IMG/VR virus record: IMGVR_UViG_3300017821_000056
Location: 32,001 to 96,000 of that record
Origin: a virus
Taxonomy: Duplodnaviria; Caudoviricetes
Reading direction: 5' to 3' (one strand)
DNA length: 64,000 bases
Position numbers and translations under genes: made by a program. Shown here piece by piece: positions 17,702-27,951 of this stretch (its first letter is position 1; every line of letters begins with the position of its first letter). The notes beneath the pieces are model-generated. The model worked only from the letters and a program-made list of their open reading frames with translations. It had not been told where the DNA came from and ran no database searches.

Positions 17702-20700
17702 GTGGCCGCAACTCTCACCGATGAACTGACCAGGGTCTCGGTCGCGGACATCGAGAAATGGGAGGAAGCGGACGGCACCGTCTACGTCTACGGCCGCTGC
17801 ACGACACCCGAGATCGACACCGATGACCAGCGGGTTTCCGCCGAGTGGAGCGGGCCGGCGCTCAAGGAGTGGATGGCCACCGCCCCGACAGTCCGCGTAC
17901 AGCACAACCCGCAGCGTGACCCGGCCGGCTCCGGGGTCAAGGTCGACGTCAACCGCGACGGCGACGGCGCCCACTGGCTGAAGGCCGCCGTGGACGAGCC
18001 GGTCGCCCAGCGTCTGGTGAAGAAGGGCCACCTGCGGGCGTTCAGCGTCGGCATCGCCCGCCCCGTCATCGAACGGGACGTCACCGGGAAGGCGCGCGGC
18101 GGGATCATCAGCGGCGGCAAGATCGTCGAGGTCTCCCTGGTGGATTCCCCGGCGAACCGGTCGTGCTTCCTGGAGATCGCCAAGTCCGCTGCGGACGGCA
18201 CCTGCGAGTTCACCGGCAAGGTCTATGGCGACGATGAGGTTATCCGGAAGGCCATCGGCGGGGACCTGCTCGCCAAGGCCGTCGCCCCCGCAAGCCTGGA
18301 CACGTGGTCGCCCCCCGCAGACCTGAGCATCACCTTTACCCCGGCGGACATGGCGAAGCTGTTCCAGGGCAAGATCATCGAGCAGCACTACGACGACCTC
18401 GCCCTCAAGGCGGTCATCGAGGCCGAGGCGGCCGTCTACAAGCGGGACATCGACACCGCGACCCGCCGCCGGCTCAGGGCTGAGGGGAACGCGCTCCCGA
18501 ACCTGTCCTACCCGATCGAGAACGCCGGGGACCTGGACAACGCCGCCCGCCTGGCGCGTTCGGGTCACGGTGACGTCGCGGCTGCGCGCCGCCTTATCGC
18601 CCGCAGGGCAAGGGAGCTGGGTGTGGCCAATCCGCTCGATGAGGGCGATGCCGAGAAGGCCATCAGCGAGGAGGAGGCGGTGGCCAAGGCCCTGACGGCG
18701 CTGGACGCCTTCGCCGGGGCCGGCAGCAAGGAAGAAGCGGTAGCCGCCCTGGAGGCTGTCGCTGCGGCGGTGAAGGAAGCCGAGCCTGAGATCACCAAGG
18801 ACCCGGAGCCCGAGGCCAAGGACAAGCCCAAGCCTGTCAAGAAGGCGAAGAAGAAGCCGAAGAAGCTGCCCCCGTGGCTGAACAAGCCCAAGGACGGCGA
18901 CGGCGACGGCGACTCGGATGACGACGGGGCGTGCAAGCAGGACCACGCCCACACGGAGAAGTGCCACACCACCCCGGCTGAGGCTGCCGGGGTCTCCGGC
19001 TCCCACCCGATGCAGGCCGCCCCCGTCCCCGAGCTCCAGGAGACCCCGCCGGTCGCGGCGATGAAAGCCGGCCCCACCCCCGCCTCCGCCGGCCACGTCT
19101 CCGACGCCGCCCCGATGACCCCGGTCGCCGCCCACCGTGAGCCCGACGGCGCCCTCAACGACCCGATGGAGGCCGATGCGGGCCTGTCCGACGGCGACTC
19201 CGAGAAGCCGACCAGGCTGGAAGCGCCGATGATGAAGGGCCAGCCTGAGGTGTCCGCGATGCTGCGGTTCAAGGCCGCCGGCATCGACCCGGACCTGGGC
19301 CGCCTCCACGACCTGACCTGCCCCGCCTACCACCCGGACGAGGTGGCCAAGTACCACCCGTTCGCGGACTTCACGACGCTGATCGACGAGCGGGCGTGGA
19401 TGCGCAAGGCCCTCGCCGCCGCCTGCGGGCCGGCGGAGGAAGCCAAGGCGATGGCGCAGATGTGGAACTCGGTGACCATCCTGCGCGCGGCTGACCCGGC
19501 GATGCTGAACGACTTCCGCCTGCAGGCGCATAAGGCGTTCCGCGACGCGAACCCGGGCCCGTCCACGTACCCGGCGCCGGGGTCCATGTCGCCGCAGCGG
19601 TATAACCGGCCGCTGGTGACCGACGGGCATGAGGCCAGTTCCCCCGGCCACTCCGGACCCGGCACCTCCCCGGAAGTGGCAGGTTCCGCACCGAACGCGC
19701 ACTCGTTCGACCGGCCCCCGCTCGCCGCGGGCCACCAGTCACCGTCCCCGTCCCACATGAAGCAGGGCGGCGGCGAATACCCCGCCATGCAAGGCCAGCC
19801 CGTCCAGCTGTCCTACGCCCACATGGAGAAGGACCAGGCCCGCATGGCGCTGGTCCGGGTCCACGACCAGCTCGGCCGCCAGTTCCCCGAAGTCTGCCCC
19901 CTCGACACGCCCACGTCCCGGCCGCTGCGCGCCCAGCAGCCCGAGGGCCACCCGGTCCCGGCCATCGCGGGCATCGGGAAGACCGCCGCGATCCTGCCTG
20001 TGCCCGTGGATGAGCCCGCCCCCGTCGCCGTCGTCAAGGCCCAGCCTGAGTCGGACGGCCAGTTCATGGACGCCGACGTCTACAAGGGCTTCAAGAAGAT
20101 GCGCAAGAAGCTCGGCAAGAAGGTCCTGTCCGGGAAGATGACCGTGGATGAGGCCCGCTCCAGGATGGGCCGCCAGTTCGCCCAGAAGGGCGCGGAGCCG
20201 CAGGAGCCGGTGCAGAAGGGCTTCCTGCCCAGGCCGCGCGAGGGCTGGACCGGGTTCGAGGGGGGCACTGACCCGAACGGCGTCCCGCGGGTCCCGGTGG
20301 ACAGCCCGCTCCTGACCCCCGACCTGATCAAGGCCGCTGTCGCCGAAGCCCTCCGCGCGGAGTCCGTCCCGCTGGAGCCCGCCACGGTCGCGTCCTTCGA
20401 CCCGTCACCCGCCATCGAGGCTGCGGTGACCAAGGCCACCTCGGAACTGAAGGACCTGCTCGTCAAGCAGCAGGCCACCTTCGAGACCAAGCTTGCTGAG
20501 CAGCAGAAGGTGATCGACGCCATCGCTGACCAGCCCGACCCGTCCACGGCCGCTTTCAGCGGCCTGGCATTCCGTCCCGCCATGACCAAGGCGGCACGCC
20601 CGGCGGGCGTGACCGAGATAGCCGAGAGCCATGCGGCGCAGGCCCGGCTCCTGGTCCGGCAGGAACTCGAGAACACCTACTACAACCACAGCACCCCGGC

Positions 20701-20764
20701 TGTCCGCGAAGCGGCGGCACAGGCCATCGCGCGGCTGGGCAGCGGGAGGCAGGACATGACTTAG
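17702..20764 (+). CDS. prohead protease-scaffold fusion
   Basis: VRVQH, LRAFSVG, EVSLVDSPAN protease motifs; long low-complexity/coiled C-terminus; precedes capsid. Confidence 0.85.
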   Translation: MAATLTDELTRVSVADIEKWEEADGTVYVYGRCTTPEIDTDDQRVSAEWSGPALKEWMATAPTVRVQHNPQRDPAGSGVKVDVNRDGDGAHWLKAAVDEPVAQRLVKKGHLRAFSVGIARPVIERDVTGKARGGIISGGKIVEVSLVDSPANRSCFLEIAKSAADGTCEFTGKVYGDDEVIRKAIGGDLLAKAVAPASLDTWSPPADLSITFTPADMAKLFQGKIIEQHYDDLALKAVIEAEAAVYKRDIDTATRRRLRAEGNALPNLSYPIENAGDLDNAARLARSGHGDVAAARRLIARRARELGVANPLDEGDAEKAISEEEAVAKALTALDAFAGAGSKEEAVAALEAVAAAVKEAEPEITKDPEPEAKDKPKPVKKAKKKPKKLPPWLNKPKDGDGDGDSDDDGACKQDHAHTEKCHTTPAEAAGVSGSHPMQAAPVPELQETPPVAAMKAGPTPASAGHVSDAAPMTPVAAHREPDGALNDPMEADAGLSDGDSEKPTRLEAPMMKGQPEVSAMLRFKAAGIDPDLGRLHDLTCPAYHPDEVAKYHPFADFTTLIDERAWMRKALAAACGPAEEAKAMAQMWNSVTILRAADPAMLNDFRLQAHKAFRDANPGPSTYPAPGSMSPQRYNRPLVTDGHEASSPGHSGPGTSPEVAGSAPNAHSFDRPPLAAGHQSPSPSHMKQGGGEYPAMQGQPVQLSYAHMEKDQARMALVRVHDQLGRQFPEVCPLDTPTSRPLRAQQPEGHPVPAIAGIGKTAAILPVPVDEPAPVAVVKAQPESDGQFMDADVYKGFKKMRKKLGKKVLSGKMTVDEARSRMGRQFAQKGAEPQEPVQKGFLPRPREGWTGFEGGTDPNGVPRVPVDSPLLTPDLIKAAVAEALRAESVPLEPATVASFDPSPAIEAAVTKATSELKDLLVKQQATFETKLAEQQKVIDAIADQPDPSTAAFSGLAFRPAMTKAARPAGVTEIAESHAAQARLLVRQELENTYYNHSTPAVREAAAQAIARLGSGRQDMT

Positions 20765-20776
20765 TTAGGAGAACGT

Positions 20777-22690
20777 GTGGCAGCAATCCTCAGCGATGAG
20801 GAAGTCGCCGCCCCCGCGATGGGAGCGGGAGGGGCACCCAGGGTCAGCCAGATCGAGCCGTCCGGCCGGAACCTGGCAGAGAAGGCCGCCGGCGTTGCCG
20901 CCGGCCTGGTCAAGGGCGCCGGGCAGGTCCGCGGCAAGCGCGGCGCGACCGGCTACAACCTGGACGAAACCCAGCACGGCGCTGAGATCTTCACCAAGGC
21001 CCACGACACCATCACCCTCGGCAAGGCGGCTGCGATCGCCGGCTGGAACGACGGTGATGGCGTCGCGGATACTTTCAACCGGGACTTCGCGTCCCACCGG
21101 GAGTTCATCGCCCGGACCGGCGGCGTGTCGCGTCTGAAGCAGGACGCGATGGTCCGCAAGGCGTTCACCGCCACCAACCAGGGCCTCGCGGGCGTCCCGT
21201 ACGGCCTGGTCCCGTTCGACCTGCTCGCCCCGAGCAGGCTGATCTACCCGGTTTACACGTTGTTCCGCAACAAGTTCCCCCGCCCGGCCGGGCAGGGTGC
21301 CAGCCGCCAGGTCTACGGCCTGCTCGGCATCTCCGGCTCCCAGACCGGCGGCCAGGGCGTCATCGACATCTCCATCCCCGAGCTCGTCAAGACGTCCAGC
21401 AACACCATCAGCGGCTCGTCCGCGAACTGGCCGATCAACCTCCCTCAGACTGGCTCCCAGACCGAGTACAAGCTCAACGTGCCCTACCGGTTCTTCGGCC
21501 TCACTGAATCCCTTTCCTGGCTGGCCCAGTTCGAGGGTCAGGGCTTCGAGGACATCTCGGCCCTGGCAAACCTCGTGCTGCTCCAGGAGATGATGCTGGG
21601 CGAGGAATACCAGATGATCGCGGGTTCCTCGCAGAACCTGCCGGCCCCCGCAGCCCCGACCCTGACCCTGCGCACCGCGGGCTCCAACGAGACGGCGCTG
21701 GGCACCACGACCGGTTCCACCTACGTGAAGATCACCGCCCTGAACTACTTCGGGGAGACCACGGCGAGCGCCTCCGCGAACGTGGCGAACGCGGCGTCCT
21801 CGGTGATCGACGTGACGTGGGCCGGAGTTCCCGGAGCGCAGCAGTACAACATCTACGTCGGGTCCGCGAGCACCGCCAACCAGCAGTACATCCATGCGGG
21901 CACGACAGTCCAGTCCGGTGTGGCCTACGCCGGGAAGCAGACCGCCAACGCGGTCGGCGGGGTCAAGTTCACCATCCAGGGAGCCCAGGCCACCTCCGCG
22001 CAGCAGGCGTACCCGACCGCAGACACCGGGACGGGCGGGAACAACCGGATGGAAGGCCTCATCCCCACCCTGTCGGGCCTGTCCTCAACGGGTTCCGGGC
22101 CGTACGCGAACGTCGGCTTCGAGTCGTCGGGCGTCTGGCAGGGCGGCTACATCAACCAGTCCGTCGGCACCCACCTGTCAACCAACGCCATCTTCACGGC
22201 GCTCGACGCGCTGTGGGAGAACAACGGGCTGAACAACGTCACGCCGGGCGTGTACAAGGCGGACCCGTCCGAGATCGTCGCCGACGGCGGCGACCTGATG
22301 CGGCTCGCCAACGACATGCTCACCCAGGGGGCAGGCCTCAACTATCTGCTCAACATCCAGCAGAACGAGATCTCCGGCATCAGGGCGGGCGCCGCAGTCG
22401 CGGAGTTCGTCAACCCGGTCACCAGGAGCACCGTGAAGCTCACGGTGCATCCCTGGATGAGCCAGGGCACCGCGCTGCTCATGAGCTACCAGCTGCCTCA
22501 AACCTGGTCGCACGTGGACAACGCCTGGGAGATGACCTGCGTCCAGGACTACGTGAGCGTCGCGTGGCCCGTCATCGACGCCAGCTTCAGGTACAGCATC
22601 TTCCTCCTCGGGACCCTGGTGGCTCACGCCCCGTTCTACTCGGGCATCCTCCAGGGACTCCAGGTCTCCGACGTCACGCCTTACTCGTGA
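20777..22690 (+). CDS. major capsid protein with inserted Ig/Fn3-like domain
   Basis: Position, strongest codon bias, followed by terminator; insertion YVKITALNYFGET...VTWAGVPGAQQYNIYVG. Confidence 0.85.
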   Translation: MAAILSDEEVAAPAMGAGGAPRVSQIEPSGRNLAEKAAGVAAGLVKGAGQVRGKRGATGYNLDETQHGAEIFTKAHDTITLGKAAAIAGWNDGDGVADTFNRDFASHREFIARTGGVSRLKQDAMVRKAFTATNQGLAGVPYGLVPFDLLAPSRLIYPVYTLFRNKFPRPAGQGASRQVYGLLGISGSQTGGQGVIDISIPELVKTSSNTISGSSANWPINLPQTGSQTEYKLNVPYRFFGLTESLSWLAQFEGQGFEDISALANLVLLQEMMLGEEYQMIAGSSQNLPAPAAPTLTLRTAGSNETALGTTTGSTYVKITALNYFGETTASASANVANAASSVIDVTWAGVPGAQQYNIYVGSASTANQQYIHAGTTVQSGVAYAGKQTANAVGGVKFTIQGAQATSAQQAYPTADTGTGGNNRMEGLIPTLSGLSSTGSGPYANVGFESSGVWQGGYINQSVGTHLSTNAIFTALDALWENNGLNNVTPGVYKADPSEIVADGGDLMRLANDMLTQGAGLNYLLNIQQNEISGIRAGAAVAEFVNPVTRSTVKLTVHPWMSQGTALLMSYQLPQTWSHVDNAWEMTCVQDYVSVAWPVIDASFRYSIFLLGTLVAHAPFYSGILQGLQVSDVTPYS

Positions 22691-22725
22691 CGATCAGCCA
22701 CCAGTCCGACTGCTCGTAGCACCCA

Positions 22726-22760
22726 AGGAAGGCCCGGATGCGCGCTGTCCGGGCCTTCCT
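22726..22760. terminator. hairpin between convergent genes
   Basis: AGGAAGGCCCGGA / TCCGGGCCTTCCT perfect 13-bp stem. Confidence 0.8.
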
Positions 22761-22772
22761 GCCCTACCTGCC

Positions 22773-23201
22773 CTACCTGCACCTGCATCCGGGCTTGACG
22801 TGGACCATCGAACCGCTAGGCGTCTTGTAGCAGCGAGAGGACGGCTGGATCCGGTTGCGGAACGGCGTCCACGGCTCGGGCTTGTGCCTCGGCGCGCTGT
22901 CTATCCGGTCACCGAGTACCAAGTCCCACGTCCGCCGCGTGGCGCCGATGCCCTGGCCGCACTCGCCGCAGGTTTCCTCTTCCTCGCCTGCCGTCCAGAT
23001 GGTGCCGCAGTCCGGGCAGGTCCACGACTCGCCAGTGGCCAGTTCCGGGCGCTTGGTGCAGCGGTGCCGGGTGACTACCTCGTCGCAGGTCTTGCAGCCG
23101 GTCAGGTTTCCCGGCCACAGCCGGTAACTCTTGGCCCGGCCGCATTCCTCGCAGAAGTACCCGGCGGCGAGGTCGCCGAGGAAGATGCCGTGCTCGCTCA
23201 C
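22773..23201 (-). CDS. multi-Zn-ribbon protein
   Basis: Four CxxC pairs. Confidence 0.7.
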   Translation of the reverse strand: MSEHGIFLGDLAAGYFCEECGRAKSYRLWPGNLTGCKTCDEVVTRHRCTKRPELATGESWTCPDCGTIWTAGEEEETCGECGQGIGATRRTWDLVLGDRIDSAPRHKPEPWTPFRNRIQPSSRCYKTPSGSMVHVKPGCRCR

Positions 23202-23494
23202 CAGCGGTACTCCTCATCCGGCGGGGCCGGCACTTCCGCTACGGCCTTCTTGATCGCCATGATGTGCTCGCGGAGCAGCGCCGCCTCAGCCTCGGCTTTC
23301 CCTGCGCGGACAAGGGCAGCTTCCAGCTTCGCGGTCAGTTCGGTGTCGGCCCTGGCCTTCCTCGCTGCCTCGACCTCGCGGATGACGTTGCCGGGCAGGC
23401 CGCAGGACGGGCAGGCCGCCCGGACCCCTTCCATCGCGTCGTAGACGCCCGACAGCCATGCCTTGCAGGCCGGGCACTCGGCTTTCATGCTCAT
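23198..23494 (-). CDS. Zn-ribbon/coiled-coil protein, leaderless
   Basis: CPAC...CPSC; CATCAT-6-ATG. Confidence 0.7.
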   Translation of the reverse strand: MSMKAECPACKAWLSGVYDAMEGVRAACPSCGLPGNVIREVEAARKARADTELTAKLEAALVRAGKAEAEAALLREHIMAIKKAVAEVPAPPDEEYRW

Positions 23495-23526
23495 GCCCCG
23501 ATGATGCCACCAGGAAGGCGGACGCC

Positions 23527-23721
23527 ATGCCAGCCACGGCAACCGTAGAGGTCAGGGTCGCGGATGCCAAGCCTGTCGCGGCGCTGCTCGATGCCGTGGC
23601 GCAGGCCGTAGCCGAGTTCGTCAAGCTCGGCAGCGAGGAGAAAGCGGCGCTCCCGGAACCCGCGCGGGCCGGGATCGGCATCCTGCTTGCTGCTGCCAGG
23701 GACTTCACCCCTCACAACTGA
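23527..23721 (+). CDS. hypothetical protein
   Basis: AGGAAGG RBS. Confidence 0.6.
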   Translation: MPATATVEVRVADAKPVAALLDAVAQAVAEFVKLGSEEKAALPEPARAGIGILLAAARDFTPHN

Positions 23722-23784
23722 ATACGGCGGCGCGAGCCGCGCCCCCTTCTCACCCATTCACCGCGTACCAGAGAAAGGTCCCGT

Positions 23785-24123
23785 GTGGCTCTTGCAACCG
23801 GCTCCCTCACGACCACCGCCGTCGCCGCTGGCGGCACCGCCGCCATCTACACCGTCTCGACCACCGTGTACTCCCGTGACCTGGTGATCATGAACCAGTC
23901 CACGGCCGCGTCGAACTCGACCGCGTTCACAATGTTCATCGGCACCGGGGCGAGCTCGGTGTCGACGGGCACCGGCCTCCCGGTGCCGCCCGGCGGGCAG
24001 GTCACCATCCAGGGGCAGTGCGGCGGCGGCGCATTCGGCTCCAGCAACAACATCATCTACGCCTCCGCCGCGTCGGCGGTCACCGCCGTCGTCGGCCTCG
24101 GCTCCGTCGTCTCGGTCATCTAG
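23785..24123 (+). CDS. Thr/Ser-rich virion (head decoration-like) protein
   Basis: Beta-rich T/S/A composition, strong codon bias, GAAAGG RBS. Confidence 0.65.
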   Translation: MALATGSLTTTAVAAGGTAAIYTVSTTVYSRDLVIMNQSTAASNSTAFTMFIGTGASSVSTGTGLPVPPGGQVTIQGQCGGGAFGSSNNIIYASAASAVTAVVGLGSVVSVI

Positions 24124-24153
24124 CGGTCCCTACGCGACCAGGAAGGGGGCCCT

Positions 24154-24693
24154 GTGCCTTCGGTCAACACGACGCCGCTGCCGTCGCAGGTTTTCGTGGC
24201 GAACACCACCGCCGGGGTGACCTCGGTGGTGAACCTGCAGAACCAGGGGCCGCAGACCATGTTCGTCGGCCTGGCGGCGTGCACCCCGAACACGGGGCTG
24301 CCGCTCGGGCCCGGGGAGCGGATCCGGCTGAACAACGTCACCAAGTCGCTGTACGCCTGCTCCAACTGGGTGGCGGGCACCGCGGCGGCCACCCTGTCGA
24401 CGTCGGCGTCGGCGACGGTGGGCACCACGTCGTTCACCGTGGCGGCCGGGGGGATGCCGAACATCCCCGTCGGCACCTATTTCACGATCGGCGCGGGGAC
24501 CGGGCAGGAGGTCCTGAATGTGGCCACGTCGGCGTCGACGACGACGATCACGACGACGACCGGGTGCCTGTTCGAGCATTACGCCTCGGAGGTGCTGAAC
24601 TCGGTGACGTGGACGCCGGCGCCGCTGAACGTGCAGCGGGGCACGTCGCTGCCGGCGCAGATCGGCGGGGCCCTGGCCCCGTCAGGGCAGTAA
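24154..24693 (+). CDS. Thr-rich virion protein
   Basis: Similar N-domain to 23785 (NQG...MFVG...TGLPL.PG). Confidence 0.65.
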   Translation: MPSVNTTPLPSQVFVANTTAGVTSVVNLQNQGPQTMFVGLAACTPNTGLPLGPGERIRLNNVTKSLYACSNWVAGTAAATLSTSASATVGTTSFTVAAGGMPNIPVGTYFTIGAGTGQEVLNVATSASTTTITTTTGCLFEHYASEVLNSVTWTPAPLNVQRGTSLPAQIGGALAPSGQ

Positions 24694-24735
24694 GGGACGG
24701 GCGCGCGCTCGAGGGCGCTCCGGGGAAAGGGTGAA

Positions 24736-25719
24736 TTGACCGCAACGCTGATCACCGGCGGCGCCGGGTTCCTCGGCGCCGCCGTGGCCCGCCGCCTCGC
24801 CGCGGAAGGCCGCGAAGTCACGGTCCTGGACGACATGTCCCGGGGCCGGCCGGGACGCCTCGCGGGAACCGGGTGCCGGGTCGCGTACGGGGACGTGCGG
24901 GACGCCGGCGCGGTCCGGCGGGCCATGCAAGGCTGCGGGCGGGTCGTCCACATGGCCGCGGTGAACGGCACCGCCACGTTCTACGCCGAGCCGCGGCACG
25001 TCCTGGACGTGGCCCTGAACGGCATCCTGAACGTCCTGGACGCCTGCGAGCGGACCGGGTGCGGGGACCTGCTGCTCGTGTCGTCCTCCGAGGTGTACCA
25101 GTCCCCCCCGGTCGTCCCGGCGCCGGAGACGGTGCCGCTGTCGGTGCCGGACCCGCTGAACCCCCGGTACTCCTACGGCGGCGGGAAGATCGCCTCCGAG
25201 CTCGCCGCGCTGGCATGGCAGCGGACCGGGGTCCTGGACCGGCTGGTCATCGCCCGCGTGCACAACGCCTACGGCCCGGACGCCGGCTGGAAGCACGTCA
25301 TCCCCGAGCTGGCCGCCCGGATGGCCCGGCTGGCCGTAGAGCATCCGTCCGGGCCGGTGCCGTTCCCCGTCCAGGGGAGCGGGGAGGAGACCCGCGCGTT
25401 CTGCCACGTCAGCGACTGCACTGCCGCGTTCATGCTGCTGCTCGGCGAGGGCACGCCGGGCGGCATCTACAACGTCGGCAGCGACGAGGAAGTGACGATC
25501 GCGCATCTCGCCGCCCTGATCGGGGGGCACTACGGCCGTGAGGTGAAGATCATCCCGGGGGTGCTGGCGAAGGGTTCCCCGCCGCGGCGGTGCCCGGACA
25601 TCTCGAAACTGCGGGCCCTCGGCTACGAGCCGGGGATCCCGCTGGCGCAGGGCCTCGGCCCGGTCCTGGACTGGTACCGGGATCACCCGCAGCCCGGGAC
25701 GCGGGACCGTGCCGCCTAG
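24736..25719 (+). CDS. NAD-dependent nucleotide-sugar epimerase/dehydratase
   Basis: ITGGAGFLG, SSSEVY, YGGGK, NAYGP. Confidence 0.92.
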   Translation: MTATLITGGAGFLGAAVARRLAAEGREVTVLDDMSRGRPGRLAGTGCRVAYGDVRDAGAVRRAMQGCGRVVHMAAVNGTATFYAEPRHVLDVALNGILNVLDACERTGCGDLLLVSSSEVYQSPPVVPAPETVPLSVPDPLNPRYSYGGGKIASELAALAWQRTGVLDRLVIARVHNAYGPDAGWKHVIPELAARMARLAVEHPSGPVPFPVQGSGEETRAFCHVSDCTAAFMLLLGEGTPGGIYNVGSDEEVTIAHLAALIGGHYGREVKIIPGVLAKGSPPRRCPDISKLRALGYEPGIPLAQGLGPVLDWYRDHPQPGTRDRAA

Positions 25720-26485
25720 CCGGATCCTGGTCACCGGGGCCAGCCGCGGCGGCATCGGCGGGGCGATCTGCCGCAGGCTCGCCGCCGATGCGGTCACCCG
25801 CCACGGCGCCGCGGCGATCACGGTCACGGCGTCACGCGGCGGCCCGGACCTGAAGCTCCTCGCCGCGGAACTGGAAGACTCCGGCGCGTCGGTGCTCACC
25901 GTGGCCGGGGACCTGTCGGACCCGGATTTCCCCGCTGATCTGGTGACGGAAGCCGCCCGGCACGGGGGAGGCCTGGACGCGGTGGTCAGCAACGCGGGCC
26001 GGTCCCAGCACGGCCCGCTCGCCGGCCTGCGCCCTGCGGAGTGGGATCACGCACTGGCCGTCCACGCCCGCGCCGCATGGCTGCTCGCCAGGGCCGCGTT
26101 CGGCCACCTGGAGGAGTCCCGCGGGTCGTTCACCGCCACCGGCTCAGTGTCCGGGACCGTCCCGCATGCCGGCCGGGGCGCGTATGCGGTGGCGAAAGCC
26201 GCGCTGATCGCCCTCTGCCAGCAGCTCGCCCTCGAATGGGCACCCTCGGGGGTGCGGGTGAACGTGGTCTCCCCGGGGCTGGTCAGCACCCTGGCGAAAC
26301 CGAAGCCGTACGCGGCGGGGATCGTCCCGGCGGGACGCGCCGGGCTGCCGGAGGACATCGCCGCGGCGGTCGCGTTCCTGGCATCCCCGGAAGCCTCCTA
26401 CATCACCGGGCAGAACCTGGTCATCGACGGCGGCCTCGCAGCGGCGGGCCTCGGGGCCGCCCTGGAAAGCGGCCGGCGTGGCTGA
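25709..26485 (+). CDS. short-chain dehydrogenase/reductase
   Basis: VTGASRGGIG, NAG, YAVAK, VNVVSPG, ITGQNLVIDGG. Confidence 0.92.
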   Translation: MPPSRILVTGASRGGIGGAICRRLAADAVTRHGAAAITVTASRGGPDLKLLAAELEDSGASVLTVAGDLSDPDFPADLVTEAARHGGGLDAVVSNAGRSQHGPLAGLRPAEWDHALAVHARAAWLLARAAFGHLEESRGSFTATGSVSGTVPHAGRGAYAVAKAALIALCQQLALEWAPSGVRVNVVSPGLVSTLAKPKPYAAGIVPAGRAGLPEDIAAAVAFLASPEASYITGQNLVIDGGLAAAGLGAALESGRRG

Positions 26486-27605
26486 GGCCGCCGGGGTAAC
26501 CCGGTGCGGGTCATGCGGGGATAGCCGGCTGAGCCCGGTCCTGGACCTGGGCGTGCAGCCGCTGGCCGAGCGGGACAGCGGGGAACGGTACCCGCTGCGG
26601 CTGATCCAGTGCGCGAACTGCACCCTCGTGCAGCTGTCGCACATCCCGGATCAGCGGGAAGTGTTCCCCCCGGACCACCCGTACACCACCGGGACCACGC
26701 GGGCGATGCGGGAGCACTTCGCCGCGCTCGCCGCCAGGCTGAACAGCAGCCTCAAGTTCGGTGATCTCATCGTGGACATCGGCGCCAACGACGGGACACT
26801 GCTGGCCGCCTGCGGTGAGAAAGCCCGGTGCGTGGCGGTCGAGCCCACTGACCAGGCCGCCAAATGCCGGGCCCAGGGTTTCCGTACCTGGCAGCAGTTT
26901 TTCACCGCCAGCACTGCCCGCGACATCCTGCACGTCTGCGGCCCCGCGAAGGTCATCACTGCCTGCAACGTGTTCGCCCATGTCCCGGACCCTCACGACT
27001 TCCTGGAGGGCGTCCTGGCCCTGCTGGGGGATGACGGCACCCTGATCATCGAGACGCACGACTGGGCAAGCCTCGCCAACGGGCTCCAGGTCGACACCGT
27101 GTACCACGAGCACGCCCGTTTCTACTCTGTTGCCAGCCTGTCTTACCTGCTGGCCCGGCATGGCCTACTGGTGCGGGAGGCCGTGCCGATCCCGGTCCAT
27201 GGCGGCTCGTTCCGGGCGTTCGCCGTCCGCGAGCAGCAGCACCTGCAGGCCCGCGCGGCGAAGGCAGCCGACCACCTGTACGCCCTCATCCGTCACGCCG
27301 CAGCCGAAGGACCCGTCTACGGCATCGGCGCAACCACCAGGGCAACACCGCTGATCCACTACGCGGGCATCAAGGCGCACATCGCCTGCGTCTGCGAGGT
27401 CCCCGGCAGCGAGAAGACCGGGCAGAACATCCCCGGCACCTCGATCCCCGTCGTGGACGAGGCGAAGCTGATCGCAGACCAGCCGCCGCACGCGCTGCTG
27501 CTGTCCTGGCACCTGGCGGACAGCATCGTCCCCTCGCTGCGGGCCAAGGGCTACCAGGGCCGTTTCATCGTGCCGCTGCCGGAGGCGAGGTTCCTGGATG
27601 CCTGA
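26478..27605 (+). CDS. NDP-hexose C-methyltransferase (TylC3/EryBIII/NovU-like)
   Basis: CGSC...LDLG.QPLA...C..C.LVQ; DIGANDG; YHEH; HGGS; LLSWH. Confidence 0.9.
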   Translation: MAEAAGVTRCGSCGDSRLSPVLDLGVQPLAERDSGERYPLRLIQCANCTLVQLSHIPDQREVFPPDHPYTTGTTRAMREHFAALAARLNSSLKFGDLIVDIGANDGTLLAACGEKARCVAVEPTDQAAKCRAQGFRTWQQFFTASTARDILHVCGPAKVITACNVFAHVPDPHDFLEGVLALLGDDGTLIIETHDWASLANGLQVDTVYHEHARFYSVASLSYLLARHGLLVREAVPIPVHGGSFRAFAVREQQHLQARAAKAADHLYALIRHAAAEGPVYGIGATTRATPLIHYAGIKAHIACVCEVPGSEKTGQNIPGTSIPVVDEAKLIADQPPHALLLSWHLADSIVPSLRAKGYQGRFIVPLPEARFLDA

Positions 27606-27951
27606 CCGATTCGAGGACGCTAGGGGCCATATTCAGGACCTCCTGGGGCCCGTCGATGCCGTGACGGAGATCTACACGCGCCAGGGTTCGGTGCGCGGGA
27701 ACCACGTTCACATGGCCACGACGCAGTACACCTACGTCGCCTGGGGCGAGCTGCTGGCCGCCTGGACCGAGGACGACGGGCCGCACGAGAAGGCCTACGG
27801 CCCCGGCTCGCTGATCACCGAGCCGGCCGGCGTCCCCCACGCATGGAAGGCGCTCAAGGACACCCTCGTCCTCGTCTTCACCAGGGGACCGAGATCCGGC
27901 GATGCCTACGAATCCGACACTCACCGGCTCGAGGTGCCGATCCTGCGATGA
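27598..27951 (+). CDS. cupin (RmlC/FdtA-like sugar epimerase or isomerase)
   Basis: FEDARG, RGNHVH, PAGVPHA. Confidence 0.8.
   Translation: MPDRFEDARGHIQDLLGPVDAVTEIYTRQGSVRGNHVHMATTQYTYVAWGELLAAWTEDDGPHEKAYGPGSLITEPAGVPHAWKALKDTLVLVFTRGPRSGDAYESDTHRLEVPILR

Noticed and set aside
17675-19735. Long antisense ORFs (also 40547-42538, 44558-46069, 7303-8610, 24682-25992)
   Set aside because: Shadows of GC3-rich sense genes; no motifs or RBS.
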